Shown here piece by piece: positions 10,305-21,749 of a stretch of DNA of 64,000 nucleotides (positions are counted from its first letter, which is position 1; each line of letters opens with the position of its first letter). The notes under the pieces are model-generated. The model was not told the DNA's origin. It saw only the letters and a list, made by a program, of their open reading frames with translations, and made no database searches. The position numbers and the translations under genes were made by a program. This DNA is from Terriglobia bacterium (GTDB taxonomy: Bacteria > Acidobacteriota > Terriglobia > JAJPHL01 > JAPKYU01), in contig CBDBKE010000004.1 of NCBI GenBank assembly GCA_965206645.1, forward strand, positions 1,952,001-2,016,000, in the 5' to 3' direction.

Positions 10305-13300
10305 TTAGTCTTGGGCCGTCGTCTGGCTCTTGGCCGATGGCGGCGCATAGGTCAATCCGAAGACGTTATCCGTCAGCCATCGCCGGAACCCCTCGTTGTC
10401 TTCAAACTGCTTGAAGAGTTGCATGTCGTCGTTGAGCACGGCAGTCATCACGCGCTTCAGGGCTTGGTCATGCTCGATCCGGGCGTTCTGCCTGTCGGAG
10501 TTCTCTCGGGCATTGCGGTAGGCGGTGTCCCCTGCAACCTTGGCTGGAATTTCCTCCGTAATGAGGCGGCGAACCCGGTCCTTGTCCTCCCAGGGGATAT
10601 CCCCGAACTGGTTGTTGAAGGTCTTGAGGATGTTCGAGAGGTGATCGAGTTCAGGTTCTGGGCTGTACCCGCCACCGGTAGCCGACAACGGATCGATCTC
10701 GGCGTCCTCATCCTCCAGTTGGACGCGTATCGACGCCTTCTTCTCGACCCGGTAGCTGTCCATATCGATGGACTCAAGGATGCCTTTGGAAAGATCCTCT
10801 TCTACGGGCGCGGGGAGCTTCGGCACGAGGAAGTTGAGGAAGATGGAGAGCTTCTCCCACTCGGCATTCGTGTAAGGCAGGATTGAGGCGAGGAAGCCGT
10901 ACGCGCGCCCGAACGCCTTGGCCAGTCCACCTGCCCGTCCTCGTCGAGCTGCTCCTTGTAGACCTCAACGCAGGCGTCGAGGATGGGGTCGAGCTGGTCG
11001 CGGTCGGCCCCGCCTAGGTAGAGCGTCACGAGCCGGGCGATCTCCGCGTCGGCATACACCTGATAGCCGTCGAGGGCGGCCTTGAGGTCGTGCAGCTTGT
11101 TAGGATCCGTCTTCTCGCTGAGGATCGTTGTCCGGTAGTAGTCCGCGAACGCCTCTTGGATGGTGTTGGCACTGTTTCTGAAGTCGAGGACGAACACGTC
11201 GTGTTTCTTCGGGTGCGCTCTATTGAGACGCGACAGCGTCTGGACCGCCTTGATCCCCGACAATATCTTGTCCACGTACATCGTGTGCAACAGTGGCTCA
11301 TCATACCCGGTCTGGAACTTGTCGGCACAAATGAGGAACCGATACGGGTCCTGTTGGATCTTGTCGGCGATCCGGCTGGACGGGAAGCCATTGAGGGACG
11401 CCTCACTAGCTTTCACTCCGCCATACTCGTGCTCGCCCGAGAAGGCGACGATGGCCCGATGCTGACTCTTGCGCTCCAGGAGGTACTGCCGGATCGCATG
11501 GTAATACTGGATCGCGTGCTCAATGCCGCCTGTCACTACCATCGCGCGGGCCTCGCCGCCGATCTTGTTGAGCGCCAGCACCTGTTCGTGGAAGTGGTCC
11601 ACCATGATCTCGGCCTTGAGTCGGATGGCGTAATCGTGACTTTCCACGTATCGCCGCAGCTTCTTACGGGCGCGCTTGTTGTCGAACTCGGGATCTCCCT
11701 CGATCTTCTTGATGAGCTTGTAGTAGCTCTCGACCGGCGTGTAGTGCCGCAGCACGTCCAGGATGAAGCCCTCCTGGATCGCATGCTTCATGGTATAGCT
11801 GTGGAAGGGGCGGTGTTTGGTTTGCCCATCCGCGTCGTACGCCTCGCCGAACATCTCCAGCGTCTTGTTCTCGGGCGTGGCGGTGAAGGCGAAGTAGCTC
11901 GCGTTCGAGAGGAGCTTCCGCGCGGCCATGATGCGGTTGATCGCGTCCTCGGTGGTCTCGTCCTCCTCCTCGGCGCCCGCCTCGGAGAGCGCTCGGCTGA
12001 CCGCTGTTGAGGTCTTGCCGCCCTGACTCGAATGCGCCTCGTCGATGATGATGGCAAAGCTTCGCCCCTGCTGCTTGTTCACGATCTTGTCAAGGATGAA
12101 CGGGAACTTCTGCACCGTCGAGATGATGATTTTCTTGCCGCTCTCGATAAACCTGCGGAGGTCACCTGAGCGTTCGGCATGGCCGACGGTGGCCCCGACT
12201 TGGGCGAATTGCTTGATCGTGTCGTGGATCTGCTTGTCGAGGATGCGCCGGTCGGTGACCACGATAATGGAATCGAACACCCCCGCGTCGTCCTTTCTGA
12301 GCCCGATCAACTGGTGGGCAAGCCAAGCGATAGAGTTGGACTTCCCGCTGCCTGCCGAATGCTGAATGAGATACCGTTTCCCTGTACCGTGCTGGCACGT
12401 ATCGGCCAAGAGCTGGCGCACCACGTCGAGCTGGTGATAGCGCGGCCAGATCTGCACCTTCCTCTTCTTGCCTGTCTTCTCATTCTTGATCTCCACAACC
12501 TGCGCGTAATTCTCCAGGATGTTGGTCAACCCGTCGCGAGTGAGAATCCGCTTCCACAGGTAATCGATCTTGAGGCCGTTCGGGTTCGGTGGGTTCCCGG
12601 CCCCGTCGTTCCAGCCCTGGTTGAAGGGCAAGAACCACGAGGTCTTGCCCTTGAGGTGCGTGCAAAACCGCACTTCGTGGTCATCCACAGCGAAGTGCGC
12701 CACGCAACGCCCGAACTCGAAGAGCTTCTCGCGGGGGTTGCGGTCGCGCTTGTACTGTTCCACGGCGTCCTCGACCGTCTGCTTGGTGAGGCTGTTCTTC
12801 AGCTCGAACGTGGCAATCGGAAGGCCATTAATAAACAGGCCGAGGTCAAGTGCTCGCTGAGTCTCATCACGGCTGTAGCGGAGCTGGCGTGTAACCGAGA
12901 AGCGGTTCTGGGCGTAGCGTTCAGTAGCGACGGGATTGCCGGGAGACGGTGTGCCGTAGAAGAGTTCGACGTGATGCGGACCGTCCTTGACTCCATTGCG
13001 GAGCACGTCGATGACTCCGCGCCTGCTGATCTCGCCCTGGATCCGGGCCAGGAACTTCCGGCGCCCTGGACCATCGTCTTCCAGGTGCAGGCCCTCAAAT
13101 GCATCCGGTTGTGTTTCGACAAGGAACGCCAGGAGCTGCGCCAGATCGACCGTGTACTCGCGGTCATAGTCGTTGGGAGCGCCACAGATCCAGCCGGAGC
13201 CACCCGAGGGGGAGGCCGCTTCGCCTTCCAGGCCTGCTTGTGCTACTACGACATCGCAGGGACTGCCGGTCAAGGCGGTACAGATCAGCCGTTCGAGGCC

Positions 13301-13324
13301 GCGTTCGCTGGTGTCAGTCGTCAC
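10305..13324 (-). pseudogene. hsdR: Type I restriction endonuclease subunit R, frameshifted near 10920
   Basis: FELKN, HSAGSGKSNS, DEAH, FTATP and FQTGYDEP motifs; DEDGQVD|AKAFGRAYGFL frame change; C-terminus lies in ORF 10305..10826. Confidence 0.9.
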
Positions 13325-14754
13325 ACCGCAGCCTCCCCGGTGGTGGTGGCGTCTTCGATGGGCTCTTCTTCGCCGTTGATCAAGGGGTCGGTCTCGTCTA
13401 GAGGTTCGGTTTCCTTGTCCTCGTCCGGCAATCGAGCCGCCGCCGACCTAACGTCGAGCTTGCCGGTGACCACGTCGGCGATGAGGCGGGTACGGTATTC
13501 GCGGAGGAGAGAGATTTCGCGGGCCGCCTGGGCAATTGCCAGTCCACTTGGCCCTCCAACATTTTCTATGAACTCCAGTATGGCATCTTGCGCTTTGCGG
13601 CTCGGATACCAAAACCAGCACCCTCCAAGGGCCTCCCGATTAACTTTCGGCATGGCAACCCGAAGCGAGCAGTCAACAGCGTAATTCGTAAAAGGCAGAG
13701 ACAGGAGCAGCAGCAAGAGATAGGCGGGCCGCAGTTCGGTCTCGCGCACTGCTATCGGATACATGTCGGCGCTGCACAAGCAGTCCAGGGGGGCGATTGC
13801 AGCCTTCCTAAGATTCGGCCGGATCTTGCTGTATATGACTTGACCCCGGCGAACCTCGTACTTACCGGAGTCCGCGCCCTGGTTATCTGCTGTTTCCAGA
13901 TGAATGATTTCACCAGTACCTATCCTGATGTGATTCGGTGCAACAAGAATTTTGCCCCGGTGCTCTGGTCTGCGAGGATCAACTTGGCCGTTTGCGACCC
14001 GCGCCAGGAACTTGAAGCGCTTCACCTCCCAATACTTCGGAACATCCCCCAGCCACTCCACGCCGGAGGGCTTGTAGGCCGGGTAGGGCTGGCCGGTGCG
14101 GACGTCCACTTGGCCCGTCACGGCCTGGTGGATAATGGCCTGCTTCTGCTCCTCCAGCAGCGTGATCAACTTCTGCTTGGCGCGGATGTAGCGCCGAATG
14201 CTCCGGTTAGCGTGGTCGAGGAAACGAACGATGGCGGCTTGTTCGGGGAGGGGAGGCAGGCACCCATAGATCATCTTGAAATGCTCAGGCCGCAGGCTCC
14301 ACATGTCGGATGTGATCCCGTAGGACCACCGCTCAGCCTCCTTTGCGAAGGCAGGAGTCCGCAACAGGTGGTGGAGGTAGTGCGAACTAGCCCCTTTGCG
14401 CGGGCGCTCGACCACATACGCAGGACTCACGATCCCCTGGTAGTCAGAAACCCCAACGGCCCCCTGCCAGGCTCGCATCTTATTGTACGTGATGTCGCCA
14501 GACCGGACGAGCTTGTAAGCGGACTTGTCCTGGTTCGAGCTGTCCTTCTTCGAACTGTCAGCCAAAAGTGCTTGCTGCCGGATGACACCCTTTATGATCG
14601 TCACTGAAAGCATTTGTTCTTCTGGATGGCCGCGTTCCTTCACCTCCGCAAAGAGCGCACGATTCGGCAGCACCTCCCAATGCTTTGGCACAACTCCCAG
14701 CCATTCGATGCCGGAGTTCTTCATCTTCGGATAGGGGATGAGGTTTGCGATCAT
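13321..14754 (-). CDS. hsdS: Type I R-M specificity subunit
   Basis: Repeated SGIEWLG/SGVEWLGDVP, PPLPEQAAIVRFLD, LLREYRTRLIADVVTGKLDVR. Confidence 0.93.
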   Translation of the reverse strand: MIANLIPYPKMKNSGIEWLGVVPKHWEVLPNRALFAEVKERGHPEEQMLSVTIIKGVIRQQALLADSSKKDSSNQDKSAYKLVRSGDITYNKMRAWQGAVGVSDYQGIVSPAYVVERPRKGASSHYLHHLLRTPAFAKEAERWSYGITSDMWSLRPEHFKMIYGCLPPLPEQAAIVRFLDHANRSIRRYIRAKQKLITLLEEQKQAIIHQAVTGQVDVRTGQPYPAYKPSGVEWLGDVPKYWEVKRFKFLARVANGQVDPRRPEHRGKILVAPNHIRIGTGEIIHLETADNQGADSGKYEVRRGQVIYSKIRPNLRKAAIAPLDCLCSADMYPIAVRETELRPAYLLLLLLSLPFTNYAVDCSLRVAMPKVNREALGGCWFWYPSRKAQDAILEFIENVGGPSGLAIAQAAREISLLREYRTRLIADVVTGKLDVRSAAARLPDEDKETEPLDETDPLINGEEEPIEDATTTGEAAV

Positions 14755-15557
14755 TGGGAGTTACCCATTCGCGTTGACACGCAATCGTCGAGCTTGCGGT
14801 GGAGCAGTGAGATCAGGGACAGATAGTCCGCTGCATCATCCTCACCCTCCCAGAGAATCTTTGGTTCATGCGCTAATGGATTACGAACTGCTCCAAAGCA
14901 GCCCTTGAGCAGGGTCGCAAACCCCTTGTGCAGGGACTTCTCCGTTTCGGTTTGCAGCGCATTCATCGCAAGTAGCGGCCTTTCGATGGAGAAAACGCGG
15001 TCGACCAAGGCTGCTCCATCCGCCTCAATGCTGACCATATCGCGAATTCTCTGCGCCAATCCCTTGGTCGCCTCGAATACCGCGTGAAAGTAGTTAGCTT
15101 GCATTAGCTCCGTTCGGCAGTACTTGAGCACTTCCGGATGCAAGCGCCGACCCTGAAACTTGCTGCGGATCGTCTGAACGCGACGCTCCGCCTCATCAAG
15201 TGTCCGTGCAGCCTCTCGTTGTTTGAACTGGCCATCCGCACCGAGTTCTAAACCTGAGAATGCAAGAAGAGTATTCAGCTCGCTACGATGCTGCTCGAAG
15301 ACCTCTCTGCGTCCGACGAAACGCGTAGGTGTCAGAAAAGATTGAACGAAATCGAGTACTCGATTAGCGCACATGTCCCGCCGCTGCACGTTGAGGAACA
15401 CCCAATAGAGCCGACGCCACTTGGTAGATTGCTCCGAATCATCAGTCAGTTGCCGGTCTACCAGAACACGAGTGATATCCGATCCCGATCCACACTCACC
15501 CAGCAGTTTAGCTAGCCCTTCGATCTGACCTTCCGGCAAGCAGGCAACCTTACTCAC
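14751..15557 (-). CDS. TIGR02391 (Ymh) family protein, HEPN-like
   Basis: STKWRRLY N-domain, NYFHAVFEATK, RNPLAH (Rx4H); 4-bp overlaps with hsdM and hsdS. Confidence 0.8.
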   Translation of the reverse strand: MSKVACLPEGQIEGLAKLLGECGSGSDITRVLVDRQLTDDSEQSTKWRRLYWVFLNVQRRDMCANRVLDFVQSFLTPTRFVGRREVFEQHRSELNTLLAFSGLELGADGQFKQREAARTLDEAERRVQTIRSKFQGRRLHPEVLKYCRTELMQANYFHAVFEATKGLAQRIRDMVSIEADGAALVDRVFSIERPLLAMNALQTETEKSLHKGFATLLKGCFGAVRNPLAHEPKILWEGEDDAADYLSLISLLHRKLDDCVSTRMGNSQ

Positions 15558-17688
15558 GAGACGTTCTCCCCAATGATCTCCCCGAGTAGCCCTTCGGTCT
15601 CCTTCTCCAGAGTCAGGATGTCCGCGCGGATTTCCTCCAGCGAGCGCAGCGGCTGCGGCTTGTAGAAGTAGCGGGTGAAGCTGATCTCGTAGCCGGTCTT
15701 GACGCTCCCCGACATGTACCAGGCATCAGCCGCATAGGGCAGCACCTCGCGGCGAAAGAATGCCTCTATGCCGCCTTCTTCCAATAACGGCACCTGCTCG
15801 GTGTCCCGCAGTTCGCTGTCGGGTTCGTACTCAACCACGCGGCGCTTGCCTTTCACTGTGGATTCGAACAGACCCCGGATTGGGTCCGGCTCCATCCTGC
15901 CCGGTTTGTGGATCTTCTTGATGACGGGTTCGGCCGCCTCGTCCCGCGCGGCCAATGACGTCTGAAGCAACTTGTTTCGCTTGGCCGTCAACTGAACGCC
16001 ATGCTCGGAGACATCCGTTTCGACGGCAGCCATGAAGCGATTGAAGTCGAGGTGAGGTCCGGCTCCTAACGTCGCTGCCACACGGTCGGCGACGTTTGCA
16101 ATCGGCTCTTCCTGCGCTTCCCAGCAGGCGGCGCGGAAGCGGGCGCGTTGTTCGGGCGACAGATCGACGGCGAGCCGCAATGGTCGTTCGACCGTCACCT
16201 TCCAGTACCCGAACGTGGCGTTCGGGAATATCTTCGACTGCTCGGTTTCCTCAAACGCCAGGAAAGTGTCGCAGATGCGGGTGATGTCCTCCTCAGACAG
16301 CTCGCAGTTTTTCTCGCCCAGGTTCTTGCGGAGCGGCTTGAACCACGGCGTGCCATCGATGAGCTGTACCTTGCCCCGCCGATGCTCTGGTTTCCTGTTG
16401 CTGATCACCCAGATGTAGGTGGCGATGCTGGTGTTGTAGAACATGTTGAGCGGCAGGGCGACGATGGCTTCCAACCAGTCGTTTTCGATGATCCAGCGGC
16501 GGATATTGCTCTCGCCCTGCCCGGCGTCGCCGGTGAACAACGACGAACCGTTGTGGACCTCAGCGATGCGGCTGCCGAGCGGGGTGACCTGCTTCATCTT
16601 CGAGAGCATGTTTGCCAGAAACAGCATTTGACCGTCGCTAGAGCGGGTGATGAGTGAGTACTCGGCATCACCACCGTGTTCGATCAGAAAGCGCGGGTCC
16701 TTGATGCCTGCTTTGCCGCCCATGCGCTCCATGTCGCTCTTCCAGCTCTTGCCATAGGGCGGGTTAGAGAGCATGAAGTCGAACTCGCGGGACGGAAAAG
16801 CGTCGTTGGAGAGCGTCGAGTGTTCCGGACCCCCGACGATGTTGTCAGCGGCTTCCCCCTCACCTTTGAGGAGCAAGTCCGCCTTGGCAATGGCGTAGGT
16901 CTCGGAGTTGATTTCCTGGCCGTAGAGATGTGTGGCGACCTGCTTGCCTCGCTGTTTGGCGATCTGCGTCAACGCCTCCTCGGCCACCGTCAACATGCCG
17001 CCGGTGCCGCATGCACCGTCGTACACCAGATAGGTCCCCGAGTCGATCTGGTCGGCGACAGGCAGCAGGACCAGCTTCGCCATGAGCTTCACAGCATCGC
17101 GCGGGGTCCAGTGCTCGCCGGCCTCCTCGTTGTTCTCCTCGTTGAAGCGGCGGACCAGTTCTTCGAAGATCGTGCCCATCGCGTGGTTATCCAGGCCGGG
17201 GTGCTTGATCGACCCGTCGCCATGCAGAACCGGGTGGGGACTCAGGTTCACGTCCGGCGAGAGAAACTTCTCGATCAGCGTGCCGAGGGCGTCGGCTTTG
17301 GACAGGCGGGGAATCTGGTTCCGAAACTCGAACTTCTCCAGGATGTCCTGGACATTCGGCGAGAAGCCGTCGAGATATGCCTCGAAGTCGGCCTTGAGCT
17401 GCTGTTGGCTGGCGCGGGCCTTGAGGTGAACTTCGATGTGTTGTAGAACGCTTGGCCGGCGGCCTGACGCAGTGCCTGGTCCTGGTGGATGATCTTCCCC
17501 TTGTCGAGCGAGGTCTTCATCTCCAGCACTGCCGGCTTGCTCGGCTCCAGGAGCGAGTCGAGCCGGCGCAACACGGTCATGGGCAAGATCACATCCCGAT
17601 ACTTGCCACGGACGTAGAGGTCGCGCAGCACGTCATCCGCGATGCCCCAGATGAAGTTGGCGATCCAGTTGAGTTGGCTTCCCTCCAA
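15554..17688 (-). pseudogene. hsdM: Type I R-M N6-adenine methyltransferase subunit M, frameshifted near 17425
   Basis: ANFIWGIADDVLRD, GEHWTPRD, YDGACGTGGML, SNPPY; frame change at YNTSKFT|LKARASQQ. Confidence 0.9.
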
Positions 17689-17713
17689 GCTCAGATCCTC
17701 CCGATATTCTTGG

Positions 17714-18495
17714 TGTCCCTGGCGAATTGCTAGTTTACGGCCTAATTCCTGGGTTTAGCGGTTCTTGCTAAGATGCTGAGATGCGCAATCTCGTTATCCT
17801 TGTTGTCCATGTCATGGCTACTCTTGCCCGGCTCTTGGGTCCGGGTGGCATTCGCTCTGTGATCGCCGAGTCCGTTCTTGTCAAGCAATAACTCCTGATC
17901 CTTAATCGTTCGCGACAGCGATCTCCCAATCTACGCACTTCAGATCGCCTCGCCGCCGGCCTGTGTGCTCTCCTCATCCGCCCCGCCCGCCTGATCCGCT
18001 CAGCAATCGTGCTGAAGCCTTCGACTCTTTTGGGCCTCCACCGGGCTCTGAGGAACCGAAAATATTGCCTGCTCTTTTCATCCAAGCACCGGCGTAAGCC
18101 CGGACCAAACGGACCCAACAAAGAACTCATCGACGCTGTTGTCCAGATGAAGCAGCGCAATCCCACCTGGGGCTGCCCGCGAATCGCTCAGCAGATTGCC
18201 TTGGCTTTCGACATCCCCATCGACAAAGACGTTGTTCGAAGGATTCTCGCCAGCCACTATCGGCCGAAAAAGGACTCCGGTGGTCCATCCTGGCTGACCT
18301 TCATTGGCCACATGAAGGACAGCCTCTGGAGTATAGATCTGTTCCGGTGCGAATCGGCCACGTTGCGGACCCGCTGGGTCTTGGTCGTCATGGATCAATA
18401 CACTCGCCGGATCATTGGGTTCGGCGTCCACGCCGGAACCGTCAATGGCGTGGCACTTTGCCGCATGTTCAACCGCGCCATTCGATGGCAACCCT
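17714..18495 (+). mobile_element. IS481-like (rve integrase core) element, truncated, with an internal stop
   Basis: Starts TGTCCCTGGCGAATTG; near-identical to 62492..63859 (inverted); CAA>TAA near 17889; cut by IS3. Confidence 0.8.
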
Positions 18496-19745
18496 TGACC
18501 TGACCGGCACTTTTTGTACCAAGTGGAAAGAGAGAGAATCCACTTGAGGAGGAAGTGAGGTCATGCCGACAAGGAGTTACAAGCCGGAGCAGATTGTAGC
18601 GGTGCTACGGCAGATAGAAGTGCAGATGGGGAACGGGAAGACTGCGCCCCAAGCCTGCAAAGAAGCTGGAATCCACACCCAAACCTACTACCGGTGGCGG
18701 AAGGAATACGGCGGGCTGAAGGTGGTGCAGGCAAAACGGCTAAAGGAGTTGGAGAAGGAAAACACGCGGCTGAAGCGGTTGGTAGCGGAGCTTTCTCTGG
18801 AGAAGCAGGTGCTGCGGGATGTGGCACAGGGAAACTTCTGAGCCCTGAGCGGCGGCGTTGTGCGGTGGAGCGTGCGTGGGAGCAACACGGGTTGTCGGAA
18901 CGGCATGCCTGCCGGCTGCTGGGGCAATGGCGAGGGACACAACGATACGAGCCGATTCATCGGGTGGACGAGGATGCTCTGACCCGAGCGATCATTGCCC
19001 TGGGAGCGAAGTACGGGCGATATGGCTACCGGAGGATCACAGCGTTGCTGCGGAGTGCGGGCTGGGAAGTGGGCAAGGACCGGGTGCAGCGGATTTGGCG
19101 GCGGGAAGGGCTGAAAGTGCCGCAAAAACAAAGGCCGCGAGGACGGCTGTGGCTGAACGACGGTTCCTGTGTACGACTGAGGCCGGAGCGACCGAACCAC
19201 GTGTGGAGCTACGACTTCATGAGTGCCAGAACGCACGAGGGGAGAACGCTGCGGCTGCTGACCTTGCTGGATGAGTACACGCGGGAATGCCTGGCGATCC
19301 GGGTGGAGCGGAGGATGGGCAGCCAACAAATCATTGAGGCGTTGTCGGACGTGATGTTGTGGCGAGGGATACCGGAACAGATTCGATCCGACAATGGTCC
19401 CGAGTTCATCGCCAAACAACTGCGCCAGTGGTTGGCAAATCTAGGGACCGGGACACTGTACATCGAACCGGGCAGTCCCTGGGAGAACGGGTACTGCGAG
19501 AGTTTCAATGGGAAGCTGCGGGACGAATGCCTGAATGGAGAGATCTTCTACTCGTTGAAGGAGGCACAGGTGGTGATTGAACAGTGGAGGGTGCAATACA
19601 ACACGGTGCGGCCGCACTCGGCGCTCGGCTATAGGCCCCCGGCGCCGGGGGCCTATAGCCCTCCCCTGCCACTGAAACCAGTTTCACAGCCCCAGGCTGC
19701 GATGTAAACTCTCACTACGGTTGGTACAAAAAATCGGTCTGGTCA
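18496..19745 (+). mobile_element. IS3-family IS, complete (orfA 18563..18841, orfB to 19707, -1 frameshift overlap)
   Basis: TG...CA IRs, GGGAAAC overlap, WSYDF / SDNGPEF / WENGYCESFN; flanks CCT/CTG, so no TSD. Confidence 0.95.
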
Positions 19746-20096
19746 CTGTCTCTCAGTGACGACGCATCGGCGAAGATCGCCTCGGAACTCTGCGGGCAGG
19801 TGACGAAGATCAAGGGATCCTACACCATCAGCGAATCCTCCAAGCACGCCGAAATCTCCCCGCTATCGGGTCGCGCCGGGGGCGGCGGCGGGAGCATGGG
19901 CGCCACCAAATCCTTCCGGGAACAGCGGGAGGCGATCTTTCACCCGCGAGACTTCGCGCTGCTCTCGAACTGTCAGGCGATCTGTCTGCCCTATGACGGC
20001 GCGCAAACGCTGGAGGCGTGCCGGGTCTACCTCAAGCCGCACTATCTCCCCAGAGAGCGGTCCTACTGGCGAGCGCGGGAAGCGGGGCAGATATGA
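19746..20096 (+). pseudogene. C-terminal fragment of a VirD4/TraD-like coupling protein
   Basis: LSDDASAKIASELCGQV...FHPRDFALLSNCQAI; ATGA-coupled to the VirB11-like gene; 5' part removed at IS3. Confidence 0.6.
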
Positions 20097-21058
20097 GCGC
20101 CGCCAGCGGCCTGGAGCATCTAAAACCGTTTTTGCCGGGCCTGGAGGACGTCCTGGCCGACCCGGAGGTGAGCGAGATCATGATTAACGGCCCCCATAAC
20201 GTCTGGGTCGAGCGGGGAGGGAAGCTCCTATCACACGATGCTCCCCGCCTCGATGCGGCGGCGCTGGAGCGGGCCGCGATCCATATCGCCCGGCCCTTGG
20301 GGCTGGACCCGGCCCACTCGCCCATCGTGGATGCCCGCTTGGAGGATGGCTCGCGGGTTGCGATCTGTGTGCCGCCCGCAAGTCCTCGCGTGGCTATTAC
20401 GGTGCGGCGCTTCGGCAAGCGCTCGTTTTCCGCCGATGATCTGGTGGGGCAAGGCGCACTCCCCGAAAATGTGCGGGCGGAAGCCGAGCGGGTGTTGTGC
20501 TCCCGACGCAACATCCTGGTTTCAGGCGGCACTGGATCGGGCAAGACCACCCTGCTTAACGCACTTATTGAATTGCTTCCCGACGACGAGCGCGTCGTCG
20601 CCATCGAGGACACGCTGGAGCTTCGCATTGATCGCTCTAGTTGCGTCCGCTTCGAGGCTCGCGGGCTGGAAACCGGCGCGGTGACGATCCGCAACCTGGT
20701 GCGCCACGCGCTTCGCCACCGCCCGGATCACATCGTGGTGGGCGAGGTCCGGGGCGGGGAGGCCGCTGATCTATTGCAAGCCCTCAATACCGGCCACGGC
20801 GGCTCCCTCACGACCGTACACGCCAACAACGCCGAGTCGGCCTTGTCGCGCATCGCCAGTTGCGCCATGCAGGGCGGCGGCGAGCTTCCCTGGGAGGTGA
20901 CCTGCCGGGGCGTGGTGGACGGCATCGCTATGGTGATTCACATGACCCGGCGAGAGGGACGTCGGTTCGTGGAGGAAGCGCTGCTCGTCCAGGGTTACAA
21001 CGCGCCGCAAAACCGCTGGCTTATCAAGCCGATCTGGACGGAACACGATGACGGATGA
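20093..21058 (+). CDS. VirB11/CpaF/TrbB-type secretion ATPase
   Basis: EIMING, Walker A GGTGSGKTT, IEDTLEL, RPDHIVVGEVRG, NTGHGGSLTTVHAN. Confidence 0.92.
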   Translation: MSAASGLEHLKPFLPGLEDVLADPEVSEIMINGPHNVWVERGGKLLSHDAPRLDAAALERAAIHIARPLGLDPAHSPIVDARLEDGSRVAICVPPASPRVAITVRRFGKRSFSADDLVGQGALPENVRAEAERVLCSRRNILVSGGTGSGKTTLLNALIELLPDDERVVAIEDTLELRIDRSSCVRFEARGLETGAVTIRNLVRHALRHRPDHIVVGEVRGGEAADLLQALNTGHGGSLTTVHANNAESALSRIASCAMQGGGELPWEVTCRGVVDGIAMVIHMTRREGRRFVEEALLVQGYNAPQNRWLIKPIWTEHDDG

Positions 21059-21306
21059 AGACTCTGAAGGACTTCGACCGGGAGCTCGGCCGGGGCGGTG
21101 AGGAGACGCTGGAAGTCCCGGCCTGGATCGCCGAACAAGACGGCGTCTTTCCCGAAGACGCAGGCCGCCGGACTCGCCGATCCGGAGCGGAAGGTGGATC
21201 TGGTAAAGCGCTCGGTCCGGCGTGGAGAGAGGAGAGGACGGGAGTTCGCGTCGGTTCTTCCCAAGACCACGTTCAACTTTTTCAGGGCTCCCCTGTGCTG
21301 CGATAA
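21055..21306 (+). CDS. Small hypothetical protein
   Basis: ATGA overlap with the upstream ATPase; no recognisable motif. Confidence 0.4.
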   Translation: MKTLKDFDRELGRGGEETLEVPAWIAEQDGVFPEDAGRRTRRSGAEGGSGKALGPAWREERTGVRVGSSQDHVQLFQGSPVLR

Positions 21307-21488
21307 GCCATAACACCTTTCCGGAGGTCGGAGCGGACAGCGCGACCCTACTTAACAAAGCCCCAAGAGCGGAACTTCAACCTGCGTGTAGCGCTGATGC
21401 GACTGAGTTTTCAGCGTGGGGCAATCGTCATGGCAAGCTTTCACCCAGGTCGCTAATCGTTTTTCTGGACTCTTAAGGGAAGGCAAAT

Positions 21489-21749
21489 ATGGCCCGGACC
21501 AGCTATGAGGAAGGACGGGAAGAATTGATGCCGGGGAGCGCAGAGCGGCGAAATACGGATTTTCCCCTGACCGTTAGAGATGCTTCCATATACCTTGGTG
21601 TTAGCCCTCAAACCGTGTATCTTTGGGTCGAGCGAAAGCAGATTCCCCATCTCCGCGTGATGGGCCGGAACATCCGGTTTCTCAAATCGGATCTCGAGCC
21701 CTTCCGCGCAAGCTTCAGACAGGAGGTGGAGAATGGCAAGGCCGAGTAA
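21489..21749 (+). CDS. Excisionase-like HTH (HTH_17) protein
   Basis: LTVRDASIYLGVSPQTVYLWVERKQIPHLRV..NIRF; overlaps the integrase start. Confidence 0.88.
   Translation: MARTSYEEGREELMPGSAERRNTDFPLTVRDASIYLGVSPQTVYLWVERKQIPHLRVMGRNIRFLKSDLEPFRASFRQEVENGKAE

Noticed and set aside
12179-13684. Long antisense ORFs over hsdR/S/M, OPT and IS genes
   Set aside because: Shadow ORFs expected in GC-rich coding DNA.
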